A stretch of 63,719 bases of DNA, the filler included, from Octopus bimaculoides (Eukaryota): NCBI RefSeq assembly GCF_001194135.2. It is 9 parts of 8 records of this genome, joined end to end, with 100 filler letters (N's around TTAATTAATTAA, not from the genome) between each part and the next. Parts side by side here need not be neighbours in the genome. Positions count along the whole stretch, not along the records: positions 25,603 to 38,019 come from NC_068989.1; positions 38,120 to 59,609 come from NC_068999.1; 7 more parts are not named here. One strand, 5' to 3'. Below, piece by piece: positions 36,100 to 48,830 of this stretch (position 1 is the first letter of the stretch; the number at the start of each line of letters is the position of its first letter). The notes below the pieces were generated by a model. That model was not told the DNA's origin. It did no database searches and saw nothing but the letters and a program-made list of their open reading frames with translations. The position numbers and the translations under genes are program-made.

Positions 36100-36480
36100 T
36101 GAATCCTCAGTATTGAATGACAGAGATTAATCTGTTATATAATTATATAATTAGAGTCACATCTGTTGTCATATTTAAAACAAACTCTTTGAATATGTTG
36201 AACTCCTCAACAGCATCCAGTGCGTGGTCATTCATTCCATGCAAAATAATTAGTCCATCATCACTGTACATGCTAAAATCTGCAAGTGAAATCTTTTCCA
36301 GAGTAAGTCTAAGGTGTACATTCTTACCAACTTACGAACTTTATATTCATCACTCGATCTCATAACTACATTAAACAATTCCTAGCCATTACCATTAACC
36401 CAAAATGAATTATTGTAAAGTATAATCTTTTTGCAGAGATTTTCCATTGTTATTTATTAATGAATTTCCAAATATCATCT
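36100..36480 (-). mobile_element. Old Penelope-like RT fragment
   Basis: WV...LFNVVMRSSDEYKVRKLVRMYTL; frameshift; MYSDDGLIILHG...IFKEFVLNMT.DVTL, corresponding to MGSYDGAEVCELVG / YRDDGL / FLDVTL. Confidence 0.65.
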
Positions 36481-37175
36481 GGTTCAAACCACATGATGGA
36501 TTTATCATTTATTTTTTACTTGTTTCAGTCACTGGACTGCAACCAAGCTGGAACAAGCTTTGAAGAATTAAGTTGAACAAATTGACCCAAGTACTTATTT
36601 ATAAGTTTGATACTTATTTTATCATTCTCTTTTACTGCACAGCATATTACTGGGACACAAACAAACCAACACTGTCATCAAGCAGTAGTGGGGAGTACAA
36701 ATACCCACACATATGACAGATTTCGACACAGTTCCCATCTACCAAATATATTTCACTCACAAGGCATTGGTCAGCCCAACATTATAGAAGAAGTCATTTG
36801 GCCAGTGTTCCATGCCATGGGACTGAACCTGAAACCATGTGATTGCAAAACCAGCATCTTAGCCACGCAGCCATTTATATAGTTTATTTATTTATGGTAT
36901 TTATGTATATATTTATACATTTTAGGGATACATATTGCTATATATCCCTTAAAAAAGGTGGGATGTGTCTGGGTGTGAAGTTTTTAATCACAGGTCTGCC
37001 TACTCGTGCCTGATCTAAGACTAAACAACACAATCACACATCCATTCATTGAGCATGACTTTCAAAGAAGCTTCTTGACTGCACTTAGTGTGATATTTGT
37101 GGTTGTTATAATGGCTTTATGCCACTGTTGACTGAAAGTTTGACATATTTAATTTCTTGTTTGATAGAAATACAG

Positions 37176-37346
37176 GAGGCCATATGAAACCGCTGTGTGT
37201 TGCAATAAATAGAACAAGCTTGTCTTCTGACAGCAAGTTAGCCAAGGCATTGACGACAGAATTTATCCAACATCTGACATATCCTGTTATCAATGAAGAA
37301 CTATATTTTCCAGATGAAAACAGCAAATCATTTTATCATGGGTCTG
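37176..37346 (+). CDS. Candidate internal coding exon
   Basis: Pyrimidine tract TTTAATTTCTTGTTTGATAG|AAATACAG| (two possible AGs, 37167 and 37175); frame GHMKPLCVAINRTSLSSDSKLAKALTTEFIQHLTYPVINEELYFPDENSKSFYHGS; donor G|GTTAGT just before an in-frame stop. Confidence 0.5.
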
Positions 37347-37654
37347 GTTAGTATAACGGACCAATTCACCTTCTTCAACCATTGAAAACCTATTAAAAGT
37401 AGTTAGCTATAGACTCTTTCATGGTAGTTTCCCATCAGAGTATAATGATGAAAGTAATTTCTGTGTTTTGAAACCCAAATAATATTTGATACTATCTGAC
37501 TAAGGAACCTGACCTTGCTCAGGTTTTGAAATTTGCTTTTCCATTACATAGGACAATCAGAATCATCCAAATGGTAAATCTGCCCCTGAAAGTAAAAGTT
37601 TTGCATCTATTCTTTTTCTTAGACAAGGCTTGTTATATCCAAAACAACTCCTAT

Positions 37655-37687
<33 letters not shown>

Positions 37688-38599
37688 AGGGTTCCAGTTG
37701 ATCCAATCAACGAAGCAGCCTGCTCACGAAATTAACATGCAAGTGGCTGAGCACTTCACAGACACATGTACCCTTAACGTAGTTCTCAGGGAGATTCAGC
37801 ATGATACAAAATGTGACAAGGTTGGTCCTTTATACATTTTACGTTTATCAACTTGAAATGACTTCTAACTATACACGCACACACACACACACACACATAC
37901 ACACACACATACGTATGTATGTATGTATGTATTTGAAAATCTATGAGAATTACTTAATACAGTTTTTGAAGTGCAAAGGTAATTTTTTTTTTTTAAGTTA
38001 TTTTTAAAAAAATATGAAGNNNNNNNNNNNNNNNNNNNNNNNNNNNNNNNNNNNNNNNNNNNNTTAATTAATTAANNNNNNNNNNNNNNNNNNNNNNNNN
38101 NNNNNNNNNNNNNNNNNNNATATATATATATATATATATATATACACTCATGCATATATATATACATAGATATATATCTTTTATCTTTTATTTGTTTCAG
38201 TCATCAGATTACTGCCTTCCTGAGGCACCTCCTTGAAGAAATTTTAGTCTAACGAATGGACCCTACATATATTTTTAAGCCAAGTACTTATGCTATCAGG
38301 CGACTTAACCCATCAGCTAGTAACAGTAGTCAAATCTCTCTCAAATCACACACTGCCGTTTTGAAATGAAAGTAAGTTGGCTAATGTGGGCCTGAGTTCC
38401 TTGTATGAAATATATACTGAAATGTCGCTAATTACGCAAGTTTTTAAATACTTACACCGCGTTTTCCCTGTGTGTGTATAAACAAAACACTTTACTGTAT
38501 ATAATGATAATTCACTTTGTTGTCGCCAATGAATACGACGGAATCTTGTAATGACATCTGGGTGTCTCTCTTAGCTTTTAGCTCCTCCAATCCTGGCAG

Positions 38600-39275
38600 C
38601 ACAAAGGACAAAATGCTTGGCAGTATTTCGCCTGTCGCTACGTTCCGAGTTCAAAATTCCGCCGAGGTCAAATTTGCTTTTCATCCTTTCGGGGTCGATT
38701 AAATAAGTACCAGTTACGCACTGGGGTCGATGTAATTGACTTAATCCCTTTGTCTGTCCTTGTTTGTCCCCTCTGTGTGTAGCCCCTTGTGTGCAGTAAA
38801 GAAATAAGAAACGTTAGCACGCCGGACAAAATGGTTGGCAGTATTTCGTCTGTCGTTACTTTCTGAGTTCAAAATTCCGCCGAGGTCAACTTTGCCTTTC
38901 ATCTCTTCGGGGTCGATAAATTAAGTACCAGTTGCGTACTCCCGCCAAAATTTCGGGCCTTGTGCCTAGAGTATAAAAGAATATTGGTAGTTATCAGTGC
39001 AGTGTTAGAATTCATAGGAATAGTCATAATTGTTTGGTAATTGCAATAATATTTGTAATAAAGACGGTGAGCCGGCAGAATCGTTAGCACGCTGGGCAAA
39101 CGGTGCTTAACGGCATTCTGTCCGTCTTTACATTCTGATTTCGAATTTCGCCGCGGTCGACATTTTATTTCATCCTTTCGGGGTCGATTAAATAAGCACC
39201 AGCACTGGGGTCGATGTAATCGACTTAGCCCTCGCATAAAGGTGCTGGCGTGGTGCCAAAATTTGAGACCAAGAA
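38600..39275 (+). mobile_element. Cluster of three same-orientation tRNA-derived SINEs
   Basis: Three copies of AAATG.TT.GC.GTATTTCG...AATTCCGCCGAGGTC.ACTTTGC...GGGGTCGAT.AA.TAAGTACCAG. Confidence 0.85.
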
Positions 39276-39600
39276 TATTTGTAGTTTAGCGATAGTCATA
39301 TAGACAAGTCTTGGTAAATAGCGACACAATAACTGCGGCATGACAACACCATCAGTCATTGTAACAGCAATATTAGTCTAACAATTATAACAATAGTAGC
39401 GGTATAAGACGAAGACAACATGGGCTGAAGAGAAATTGCAGAAAGGAAAGGCGGAAAATGCTATTGGTGAATAAATTAAACGAAAATGATGCAAACAGGA
39501 AGTAAGACAAACGAATATGATTGATTTGACGATGTCAGGAAAAATTTATGAAGCAAATTTATTTGTGGCATTTGTCTTTAATTAGATCAAGGTTTCTTGT

Positions 39601-39720
39601 CAGTTTTAGGCCAATCAGCAATTCGGATAATTTGCATGTAATTATTCAGTTGTCTGCGAACTCTTAGCCAATTAGGAATTGTCTGTTGCTAGTGGCAGGT
39701 ATTAATCCGACAATGGCGGC
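39601..39720. promoter_or_regulatory. Candidate enhancer (2x CCAAT, octamer, Sox and YY1-like motifs)
   Basis: CCAAT 39611 and 39668; ATTTGCAT 39630-39637; ACAATGG 39710-39716 overlapping ATGGCGGC; unique, non-repetitive sequence. Confidence 0.35.
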
Positions 39721-40560
39721 CAGGTCATTGGGAAAAGTGAAGAGATTGCGTTACAAACCGAAGTGATGGATCTGTCATATCCCAGCAGACTGAATGTGTG
39801 TGTGTGTGTGTGTGTGTGTGTTTGTGTGTATGTGTGTGTATGCGTGTCTATGCGTATATATATATATATATATATAAGTGCGTATATGTATGTATATGTA
39901 TATGTATATCTCGGTATATATGTGTATGTGTGTATGTGTACATATATGTGTATGTGGGTGTATAGTATGCATATGTATGTGTGTATATGTATGTGTACGT
40001 GTATATGTGTGTATATATATGTGTATGTATATATATGTGTATATGTGTATATGTATGTATGTGTATATATGTGTGTAAGTGTATGTATATTTATGTGTAT
40101 GTGTGTATACATGGGTGTATATGGATCTGTGATTATGTATGCGCATGTGTGTTCATATGAATATATATGTGTGTGGATGTTTGTGCATGTGTGTGTGTGT
40201 GTGTTGATAGTGAGTGTGTTTTCATTTGTGCATAACTACTTTCTGTGTTTATATATGTGTTTATGTGCATGTGTGTGTATGTGCATGTTGAGAGTAAGGC
40301 GGGATGAAGGCGAGTGATTTTGTGTGAGTGAGCCATTTGTGTGTGTACGCGTGTGTGCATATACTTATGCGTGTATGTATGTGCATGTATATGCACGTGT
40401 GTGCATATATGTATGCGTGTGCGTATATGTGTATGTGTGTGTGTGTGTGGAGCAGGGTAAGGAATGCAAGCTGGGGATGGGTGAGTGTGGAGTTTTGAGT
40501 GTGTATGCTTGTGTATGTGTGTGGTGGTGTTAGGATAAGTGTGCAAGTATATATGAATGC

Positions 40561-40604
<44 letters not shown>

Positions 40605-40789
40605 ATACGTGCGTTAATGTCCATATATAAACATGCGCACGCATTTGTACAAATATATTTTCAGTTCGATCATCTGAGTTATCTACACATTGAATTAAAA
40701 CCTAACTGGCTGAGTATTCCCCAGACTTGTGTTATCTTCACGTAATAATCACGAACAATGAACATGACATATTCTAGGATAAAGTCAAC

Positions 40790-41345
40790 CCTTTAATTTA
40801 GAGCCGTAGTCTATCGGACGGGCTTCCGCACAGTTTTCGGCCGCCTTGTTTTATTTACAAGGTTTCAGTCCGTCTGAGGTACTTTTTTCTTTTTGTCTAT
40901 TATCATTCATTTGATTCAGTCCTTGGACTGCGGCCATGTCGGGGCACTACCTTGCAAGATTTAATCTTACCAATTGCCCCACCCAGGGACTTATGTTGTA
41001 TTTTAACACCTGGTACTTATTTTATGGGTCTCTTGTATGGAATTGCTATGTCACGGAAACGTGAACAAATCAACATCGGATATGAAAAAGTAGGATGACA
41101 AACACACACGTACACACATGCAAACACACACGTAATCACACAGACACACCACACATGCACACACACACACATGTACATACATGTATACGACGGTCTTCCA
41201 CACAGACCTTTTGTCTACCAGGTTTGCTCACATGGCATTGGTCGACCCAGAACAATTACCTAAGGTACCACACAGTAGGACTGAACCTGAAACTATATGC
41301 TTCGCAACGCGAGCTTCTACACCACACGGTTCTGCCTGTGCTTTC
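40790..41345 (-). mobile_element. Degraded SINE copies
   Basis: TTCAGTCC.TGGACTGCGGCCATG and ...CTAAGGTACCACACAGTAGGACTGAACCTGAAAC match the SINE families above. Confidence 0.65.
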
Positions 41346-42046
41346 GTAAAAATAAAAACAATAACAAAAATGAAAATCCCAATTTGTCAAAAAGCCATGC
41401 GGTAGGATCGAACTCAGGATCTCTTGATTGTGGTAGGAAACATTTGTACGTGCACTCGGATACATATATAAAAATATACAGACATACACATACGTATACA
41501 GGTATACACTTGAACAAAGGAATTCCCTTATGTATTCACACAAGCATTTGAATATATTTGAATGTATGGAGGTTCAATGAAATTTCTTTTAAGCTTGTGA
41601 CGTGTTTGCGTGCAGGTTTGATCTCTCCCCCCACCATCAAACTCTGTGCATTTTGCGTGGATATGTGTGAAAGTGTGGCTTGCGTGAGCTTTGTGAAGAT
41701 GAGAATAGTATAGAATAAAGAGTTAAGAGCCGACAGAAGTGTGAAATTATATCTGCGCATGCGCACACACACATATACAAACATAAACACAAACACACAC
41801 ACAAACACAAAAACACACATGTAGTGTGAAGAGAGAATATATGAGCGGGAATAGTAAAGCGAATGAAGCTGAATACAGGATAATAAACGTTATTAAAAAA
41901 ATGGTTTTGGTGGAGATAAGAGGGAAGGAAGATGGGAGAGTGTGAAAGAGAGTCAAAGAGAGAGAGGGAGACAATAGAGAAGAACAAAGAAAATGTAGTG
42001 GATTGAGGATAGGTGAGAGAAGAGAGTGACATGGAGATAAGATATG

Positions 42047-42136
<90 letters not shown>

Positions 42137-43815
42137 TAGAAAAGTTAAGAAAATGAAGATTTACGATAGAAATATTTTAAATATAATTTATTAGCATAAT
42201 ATTATATTACAATAAATATAATATAATATAATATAATATAATATAATATGAATAGAAATACATATAATTATCCTACAAATTGTTTCGATTCATACCCAAT
42301 AATGAATTTATAAAAAAATTCCTATTCGTTATTTTGTGTCATCACCGCTTTTTAATAAGAAATATTTGAAGAAATTTAAGGAAAATACATAACGAACAAT
42401 AAGAATTGAGTCACATCTTATTTATTAATTCAGCGCCATAATGCTTCAAAATCTTTTCAGATGCTTATCGTCTCCTTGGAAATTCACGAGGACAAAATTT
42501 ATCCTTTTGCCGACCTCTACTCTAGAGTATGATCTTGAGATGAATTTCATTGCTATTTCTAGAAATCTAGCAATCACATAGATGCCCCTTGGTTGGATCG
42601 CAGTTTGGCTGGTGTTTATATTGGGTTTCTACTTGGCACTCCATCATTATATGCCTGGAACGAGATAAAATATATTCAAAGAGTAAAAAAGATAAACAAG
42701 AGTTATAGAGAAAAAGACAGAACTACAAAAAAGTCCCAGTAAAAACCATTCGATGCTATGTTAAAAATACATTTCCTGTTAATTAAAATAACATCAAACA
42801 GATTAAAATAAATGACCCTCCACGCCCAAAAGAAAAAGAAAACAATACATCTGACAGCCCGATATTAGGTCGGTCAATTTCATAGGAGCTGAGGGCGGTG
42901 AGCTGGCCGAACCGTTAGCACGCCGGACAAAATGCTGTTAAGTATTTTTGTCCGTCTTTACGTCTTGTGCTCAAATTCTGCCGAGGTTGCCTTTGCCTTT
43001 CATCCTTTCGAGGATCGATAAAAAAATTGTGGTTGATGTAATCGATTAGTCCCCTTCTGCTTGTGCCAAAATCTCAAACCAATTTCATGGGAGATGAGCT
43101 GCTTCGTTGGTCAGTCTTTCGGTAAGTTTTCTGAAGAACACATCAACAAAACACATTGAACGTAATGTAACAACATGAAGAATATGAAGAAAATTTAATT
43201 GCAAACAGAGGCTTCTAATCCCTGCTAACTAACGTCTGCTTGTTAAACTGTGAATTTGATGTTTAATTGTGAGCTAATTTCACTATCGATCGGTTGACAT
43301 TTATTAACAAATATTCAATCGTTATTGATCACTTGGTAATTAATAGCCAAAATGCTATTTGCCTTGATTCAATAATATTTAATAGGATACTCACCGTTCT
43401 ACTGTTATCGACTAATTAACATTTATCACCTATTATTATTGGTGTTGTGGTTGTTATTATTATTATAAAACCTTATTTTTGTTACTATTATTATTTCACT
43501 GTTATTGTCATTGTTACATCGTCACTATACTCATAATTATTATTTCTGTTGACCTCCTCCTCCTCCTCCTCCTCCTCCTCTCCTTCTCTTCCTCCTTCTT
43601 CTTCTCATCACTATTACACTATCAGCACTACAAACATCACTATTCTTTTATTCTTTTATTCTGAGACATGGTTCTCCTGGGATATTCTGACATCTCTTTT
43701 TTTATCATACCTAGGGCACTCACAATAACAGGAACAGTTCTCGCTTTAAGATGGCACATCTTTTGTCTTTCAATTTCCAGGTTCTTATACGTACTTAATT
43801 TGTCAAATTCCTTTA

Positions 43816-43876
<61 letters not shown>

Positions 43877-44154
43877 GGTGACGAATTGGTAGAATCATTA
43901 GCAAGCCGGGCGAAATGCCGCTAAGCATTTCGCCCGTCGCTCCGTTCTGAGTTCAAATTCCACCGAGGTCCACTTTGCCTTTCAGCCTTTCGGCTTGATA
44001 GAATAAGTACCAGTAAAATAATCGGGTCGAAGTAATCGACTCATTCCTTCCCTCAAAATTTCTGGTTTTGTGGCAAAATTTAAAACCATTATTATTATCA
44101 TGAATTATTATTATCATTACTAATATTATTATTTCAATTTTATCATCATTACCC

Positions 44155-44188
<34 letters not shown>

Positions 44189-44611
44189 TATCATCATCAT
44201 CATCATCATCCTTATCATCATCATCATTATCATCATCATCGTCATTATTGTCATCATTGTCATCACCGTCGTCGTCATCATCATTATCATAATTTCATCA
44301 TTCATCGTCGTCGTCGTCATCGTCATCATCAGTATCGATTTAGGGGGCAGACATTTATCATATCACCAGCCATTCTGTTGCAATCGATTAGAGAAAAATA
44401 GTTTGCCAGTGTCTTAGTCGTATCGATTCTCTCTCTTTTTCTTTTTGCCATATATTGAATATTCATTCTTTCATATTCGTTTATTGATTCTTAATAGGGA
44501 AGAATATTGATTTTTATCCGAAACCAAATTGTCATAATTACATTGTAATGGACATTTTGGAGGACGGATACCAATAGTTCTTGCTCACTGATAAGTCTCT
44601 TTCGAAGCGGA

Positions 44612-44647
<36 letters not shown>

Positions 44648-45529
44648 CCTTCTTTTTCAATATACATTTTGTATTCTACAGCGTTGGCTCTCACTAAATA
44701 GTGTTGGAAAAATGGTTCTGCCATTAATGCTTACAGCAGACCATAGATTAAACTATTTCGCTTTCTATTCAAGAGAAAGGCGGATAGTTAGATAGATATA
44801 TAGATAGATAGGTGAAGGTATAACTATGCGATCAAGCTGGGGTTCAGTTCCACTGCGTAGATTTCTGTGTGTCTGGCTGACCAAAACAACGCCTCCTGAG
44901 TGGATTTGCAGGATGCGAAAGACGCCTGTTGTTATTTGCTGTATTCACAATTGTGTACCAAAAATTTTTATTTGTTTGTTTCTTTTTCGTCTTTGTTGTC
45001 GTTCACATTCGCTAGCTTTCTTACAAAGGGGTCTAATGCTCTTAGCTTAGACTTTTTGTGGGGTAACCATATCGAACTGTCTCAAGTGTAATTGTCTGAA
45101 ATGGTCGTGACTTCCGGTACTTGACTGATAAAAGAAAGCCACGAATGACCCGTTTTTGTTTTGCCTGTCGTAATTGTTGTTTCTCTTGTCCGCTTTTGTG
45201 TCGCCTATTTGTCCCAACGTTTTAATACNNNNNNNNNNNNNNNNNNNNNNNNNNNNNNNNNNNNNNNNNNNNNNNNNNNNNNNNNNNNNNNNNNNNNNNN
45301 NNNNNNNNNNNNNNNNNNNNNNNNNNNNNNNNNNNNNNNNNNNNNNNNNNNNNNNNNNNNNNNNNNNNNNNNNNNNNNNNNNNNNNNNNNNNNNNNNNNN
45401 NNNTATATATATATATATATATATATGATCATCCCATAAACAATGCAGTTTTTTCAGTAGCATTAACTAAAAGTCAGAGGGGGGCGGGATAAACTACCTG
45501 CAGTTCGATTTTAATAGTTTTTTTTTCAA

Positions 45530-45900
45530 AGCTATAACGGAAGTGAGAAAGGAGCATATTCAGCATATCGGAAAAGTCAGCAAATTGGATCAATGGGTTC
45601 CTCGGAAATTTTGCGCGTCTAATTACACACAGAGATTGAATGTACTCTTTTTTGCTGTCACGTCTCACGAATGAACCTTTTATGGACTGAATAGTGACTG
45701 GTGACGAGAAATGGGTTCTCTATAAGAACGTCAAGTGCCAAAGATAGTGGGTAGGGAAAGGAGAAACACCGGTATCCCAGGCTAAAGAAGGTCTTTCCCA
45801 CATAAGGTGTTGTTATCTGTTTGGTGGGAAATGAAAGGGTTAGTCCACTTTGAACTTTTAAACCCAAACCAAATGATAACAAGGGAGATCTACTGCAAAG
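45530..45900 (+). mobile_element. mariner fragment (same family as 34256-35090)
   Basis: QWVP...IVTGDEKWVLYKN...VGKGETP..AKEGL...VLLSVWWEMKGLVHFELLNPNQ. Confidence 0.88.
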
Positions 45901-46619
45901 AGAAATATTAACTTGTTTGTATACTCTGAAAATTAAAGATTGGCGGCAGAAAAAGCATCCGGCTGTAGATAAATCTATTTATGTTTCTTTAACGCATTCT
46001 GTTTAACTTATGCAAGCATGGAAAAGGGACATACTAAAACAGCGACGATGACGCCCACGACGTCGACGACGTCGACGACAAAGCTGACGGTAATGACGCT
46101 GGCGATGACGATCATACCTTCAACGATGATGATGAGGACACCACCAACAACAGCAACGATGATGGTGACGATGAAGATGATCAAGACAATGGTGATGATG
46201 ATGATGATGGCTGGATAGATGAGGATAGACAAACGGACAGATATACAGACAGCTAGATATATATAATATCCTGAAAGCGTGAATTAAAGCTTCAAGCATG
46301 GAACAGACGTGGTGACAGCATCTTTTAAAATTTTGATAAATATTTCATATTCCATTTAATTACACAACGTTCAATAACCGGCAAAAGTGCCATTATTGCG
46401 AATTGACATTAAATACTTGTATGCAATGTTAATGAGTATTTGACTGTGATCAATTAAAAGTATTAAAGAGATGATAGTATCACTGACTTTATCCTTCTCT
46501 CTCTCCCTCACTCTCTTCGTCTCTCTCTCTCTTTCTCTCTTTCCCCCGCATATTTGGCATAACGTTACTTAATAGTAATAGACTTTGTTTCCGATAGGAA
46601 ACCGTCGGTGGGTTTAAAT

Positions 46620-46829
46620 TAGTGGTTCCCAACCGCGGCTCTCGGGCCGCATGTAGCCCCCAAGCATCCTTCCGGAGGCCTCCGACGGTCTTCCGTTCTA
46701 TAAATATAATATAAGTTCTTCTTTAATTGACTTCTGTTTTACTTCTTTCGGTTCGCCCTCGCCCCTCCCCACCACAAAAAAAATTGTTTTGGAAATGACC
46801 CGGATGCTAAAATCTTTCAAAACCATTGG
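46620..46829. mobile_element. hAT (Charlie-like) MITE
   Basis: Starts TAGTGGTTCCCAACC...GGGCCGCATG; degenerate right end TTCAAAACCATTG. Confidence 0.5.
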
Positions 46830-47110
46830 GATCAAACAATTTCTCTCAGTCTAAATAAATACAAAACAAAAAAAGAACTTCCATAAAGAAAAGCCTTGTG
46901 GTGTGGCTAAGGACAGTATTTTGAAATCACGTGGTTCAGAATTTGATCCTTAATCTTAGCTTTGGCTTCACTAATACTTTCTGAAATGCCATCTGGAATT
47001 TGAGCGGGTGACATCTGAGTGGAAAAATTTATTTGAAGGTGTGTCTCTCTCTCTTTGTCTGTCTGCCTGTTTGTCTGTCTGTCAGATGCCTGTCTGCCTG
47101 TCTGTCAGTG

Positions 47111-47114
<4 letters not shown>

Positions 47115-47189
<75 letters not shown>

Positions 47190-47207
47190 GCGTATATATT
47201 TATATTC

Positions 47208-47243
<36 letters not shown>

Positions 47244-47250
47244 TGTATAC

Positions 47251-47284
<34 letters not shown>

Positions 47285-47486
47285 GTATATATATGCGTGT
47301 GTGCGTGCGCGTATACATGCATATGCAGGTGTATACATGCCTGTATAGTAATCGGTATATAAATGCACCTACACACACTCTTATATTTATGTGTATGTTT
47401 GTATTATTGGTTCTTCAATCATACCACATTAATATAACTTTTGTTCGTCTGTGTCACTATGTATGTATGCGTGTATATTTATATAT

Positions 47487-47572
<86 letters not shown>

Positions 47573-47690
47573 GCATGTATGTGTGTATACATATGTACAT
47601 ATACGTATGTACATACGTATATATATACATATGCATGTATGTGTATGTGTATATATGTATATATACGTATGTATATACGTATATACATAA

Positions 47691-47739
<49 letters not shown>

Positions 47740-47760
47740 TATATATATATGTATATGTAT
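47115..47760. repeat. Compound (TA)n/(CA)n/(TATG)n microsatellite
   Basis: Directly visible; similar tracts at 5980-6650, 39795-40610 and 50340-50615. Confidence 0.95.
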
Positions 47761-48738
47761 ACCAAGAGCATAATAGCGCGCCGTAAGTGCACGAGGGACC
47801 CGTAATCGATAAGGTCACAGGGTGTGAATGAAAGGATTTTCACCAACCAATCAATTAATGAAATTATTAATTGATTTATTGATTTATTGATCAATTAAGT
47901 ATAGGTATGTGACCAAAAGATGTACACGTATGAAAGATAAGTGATAAACTCTTGTATTGAAGCCAAAATACCATATGGTGTTTAATATGGCCGAGTTAAG
48001 TAGACTCTCTATAGTCGTCTCTACCATTAAAAACAGCGGGAAATATTGACCGTCCTGTTTGGAAACCCTTGGTGCTGGAAATAGCAGCGAAAATTTTTTA
48101 CACTCTAAGCATAAGGACCGTTATTTTTGGGGAGGGGGCCAGTCGATTAGATCGACCCCAGTACGCAACTGGTACTTAAATTATCAGCCCCACCGAAACG
48201 ATGAAAGGCAAAGTCGACCTTGGCGGAATTTGAACTCAGAACATAAATACAGACGAAATACTGGTAAGCATTTCGCCCGGTGTGCTAACGTTTCTTTTTT
48301 TCTTTTCTCTAATGCCGAACCGCTAAGTTACAGGGACGTACATACAACATTCCTGAAATGGCCTGAAACATATCCTCACAGAGAATTCTCTCAGCTGAAC
48401 GATAAATAATTCCGTCTTTTTCCCTTTTGCACTCAGTAAGTAAAAGTCGAAATTTTACCAAGGAAATAGAGTAAGAAGATATGCTAGAAAGTGAAGCCAA
48501 ATCCGATCTAAACCCCATTGAAATGCTTCAGAAAACGTGGATTTGTATAATGTAACCCAGTCATGGAATACTGAGATGATCTTACCAAGGATATAAATAC
48601 AAACTTCAAATGTTATTACCAAAGTCGACCTGCATAAATCTAAACCAGTAAATTTTAATCTATTTTCAAAAATACTTTCTCATATATTTTTCTAATTTTA
48701 AAACAACATTCGATGTATTATAAATATTTTATCTTCTC

Positions 48739-48830
48739 TATCTCTGACGAGCGGAAATATTGTCTATCAATGTGTATCAACAATGGATTCCCTTATAATG
48801 ACAATACTTTCGTGAAACGATCGTAAGATG
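48739..48830 (+). ncRNA. Type I hammerhead ribozyme (intact core)
   Basis: Stem I TATCT(48739-43)/AGATG(48826-30); CTGACGA (48744-50); stem II GCGGAAATATTGTC/GACAATACTTTCGT, 13/14 pairs; GAAA (48814-17); stem III ACG-AT-CGT palindrome; GUA triplet 48823-25. Confidence 0.85.

Noticed and set aside
47008-47894. Long YIYI/THTH/poly-I/poly-V ORFs here and throughout
   Set aside because: Translations of microsatellites or ORFs bridged by N-gaps.
48400-48660. Possible GIY-YIG C-terminus upstream of the hammerhead
   Set aside because: Only a frameshifted ITKCR-like resemblance; not supportable by eye.
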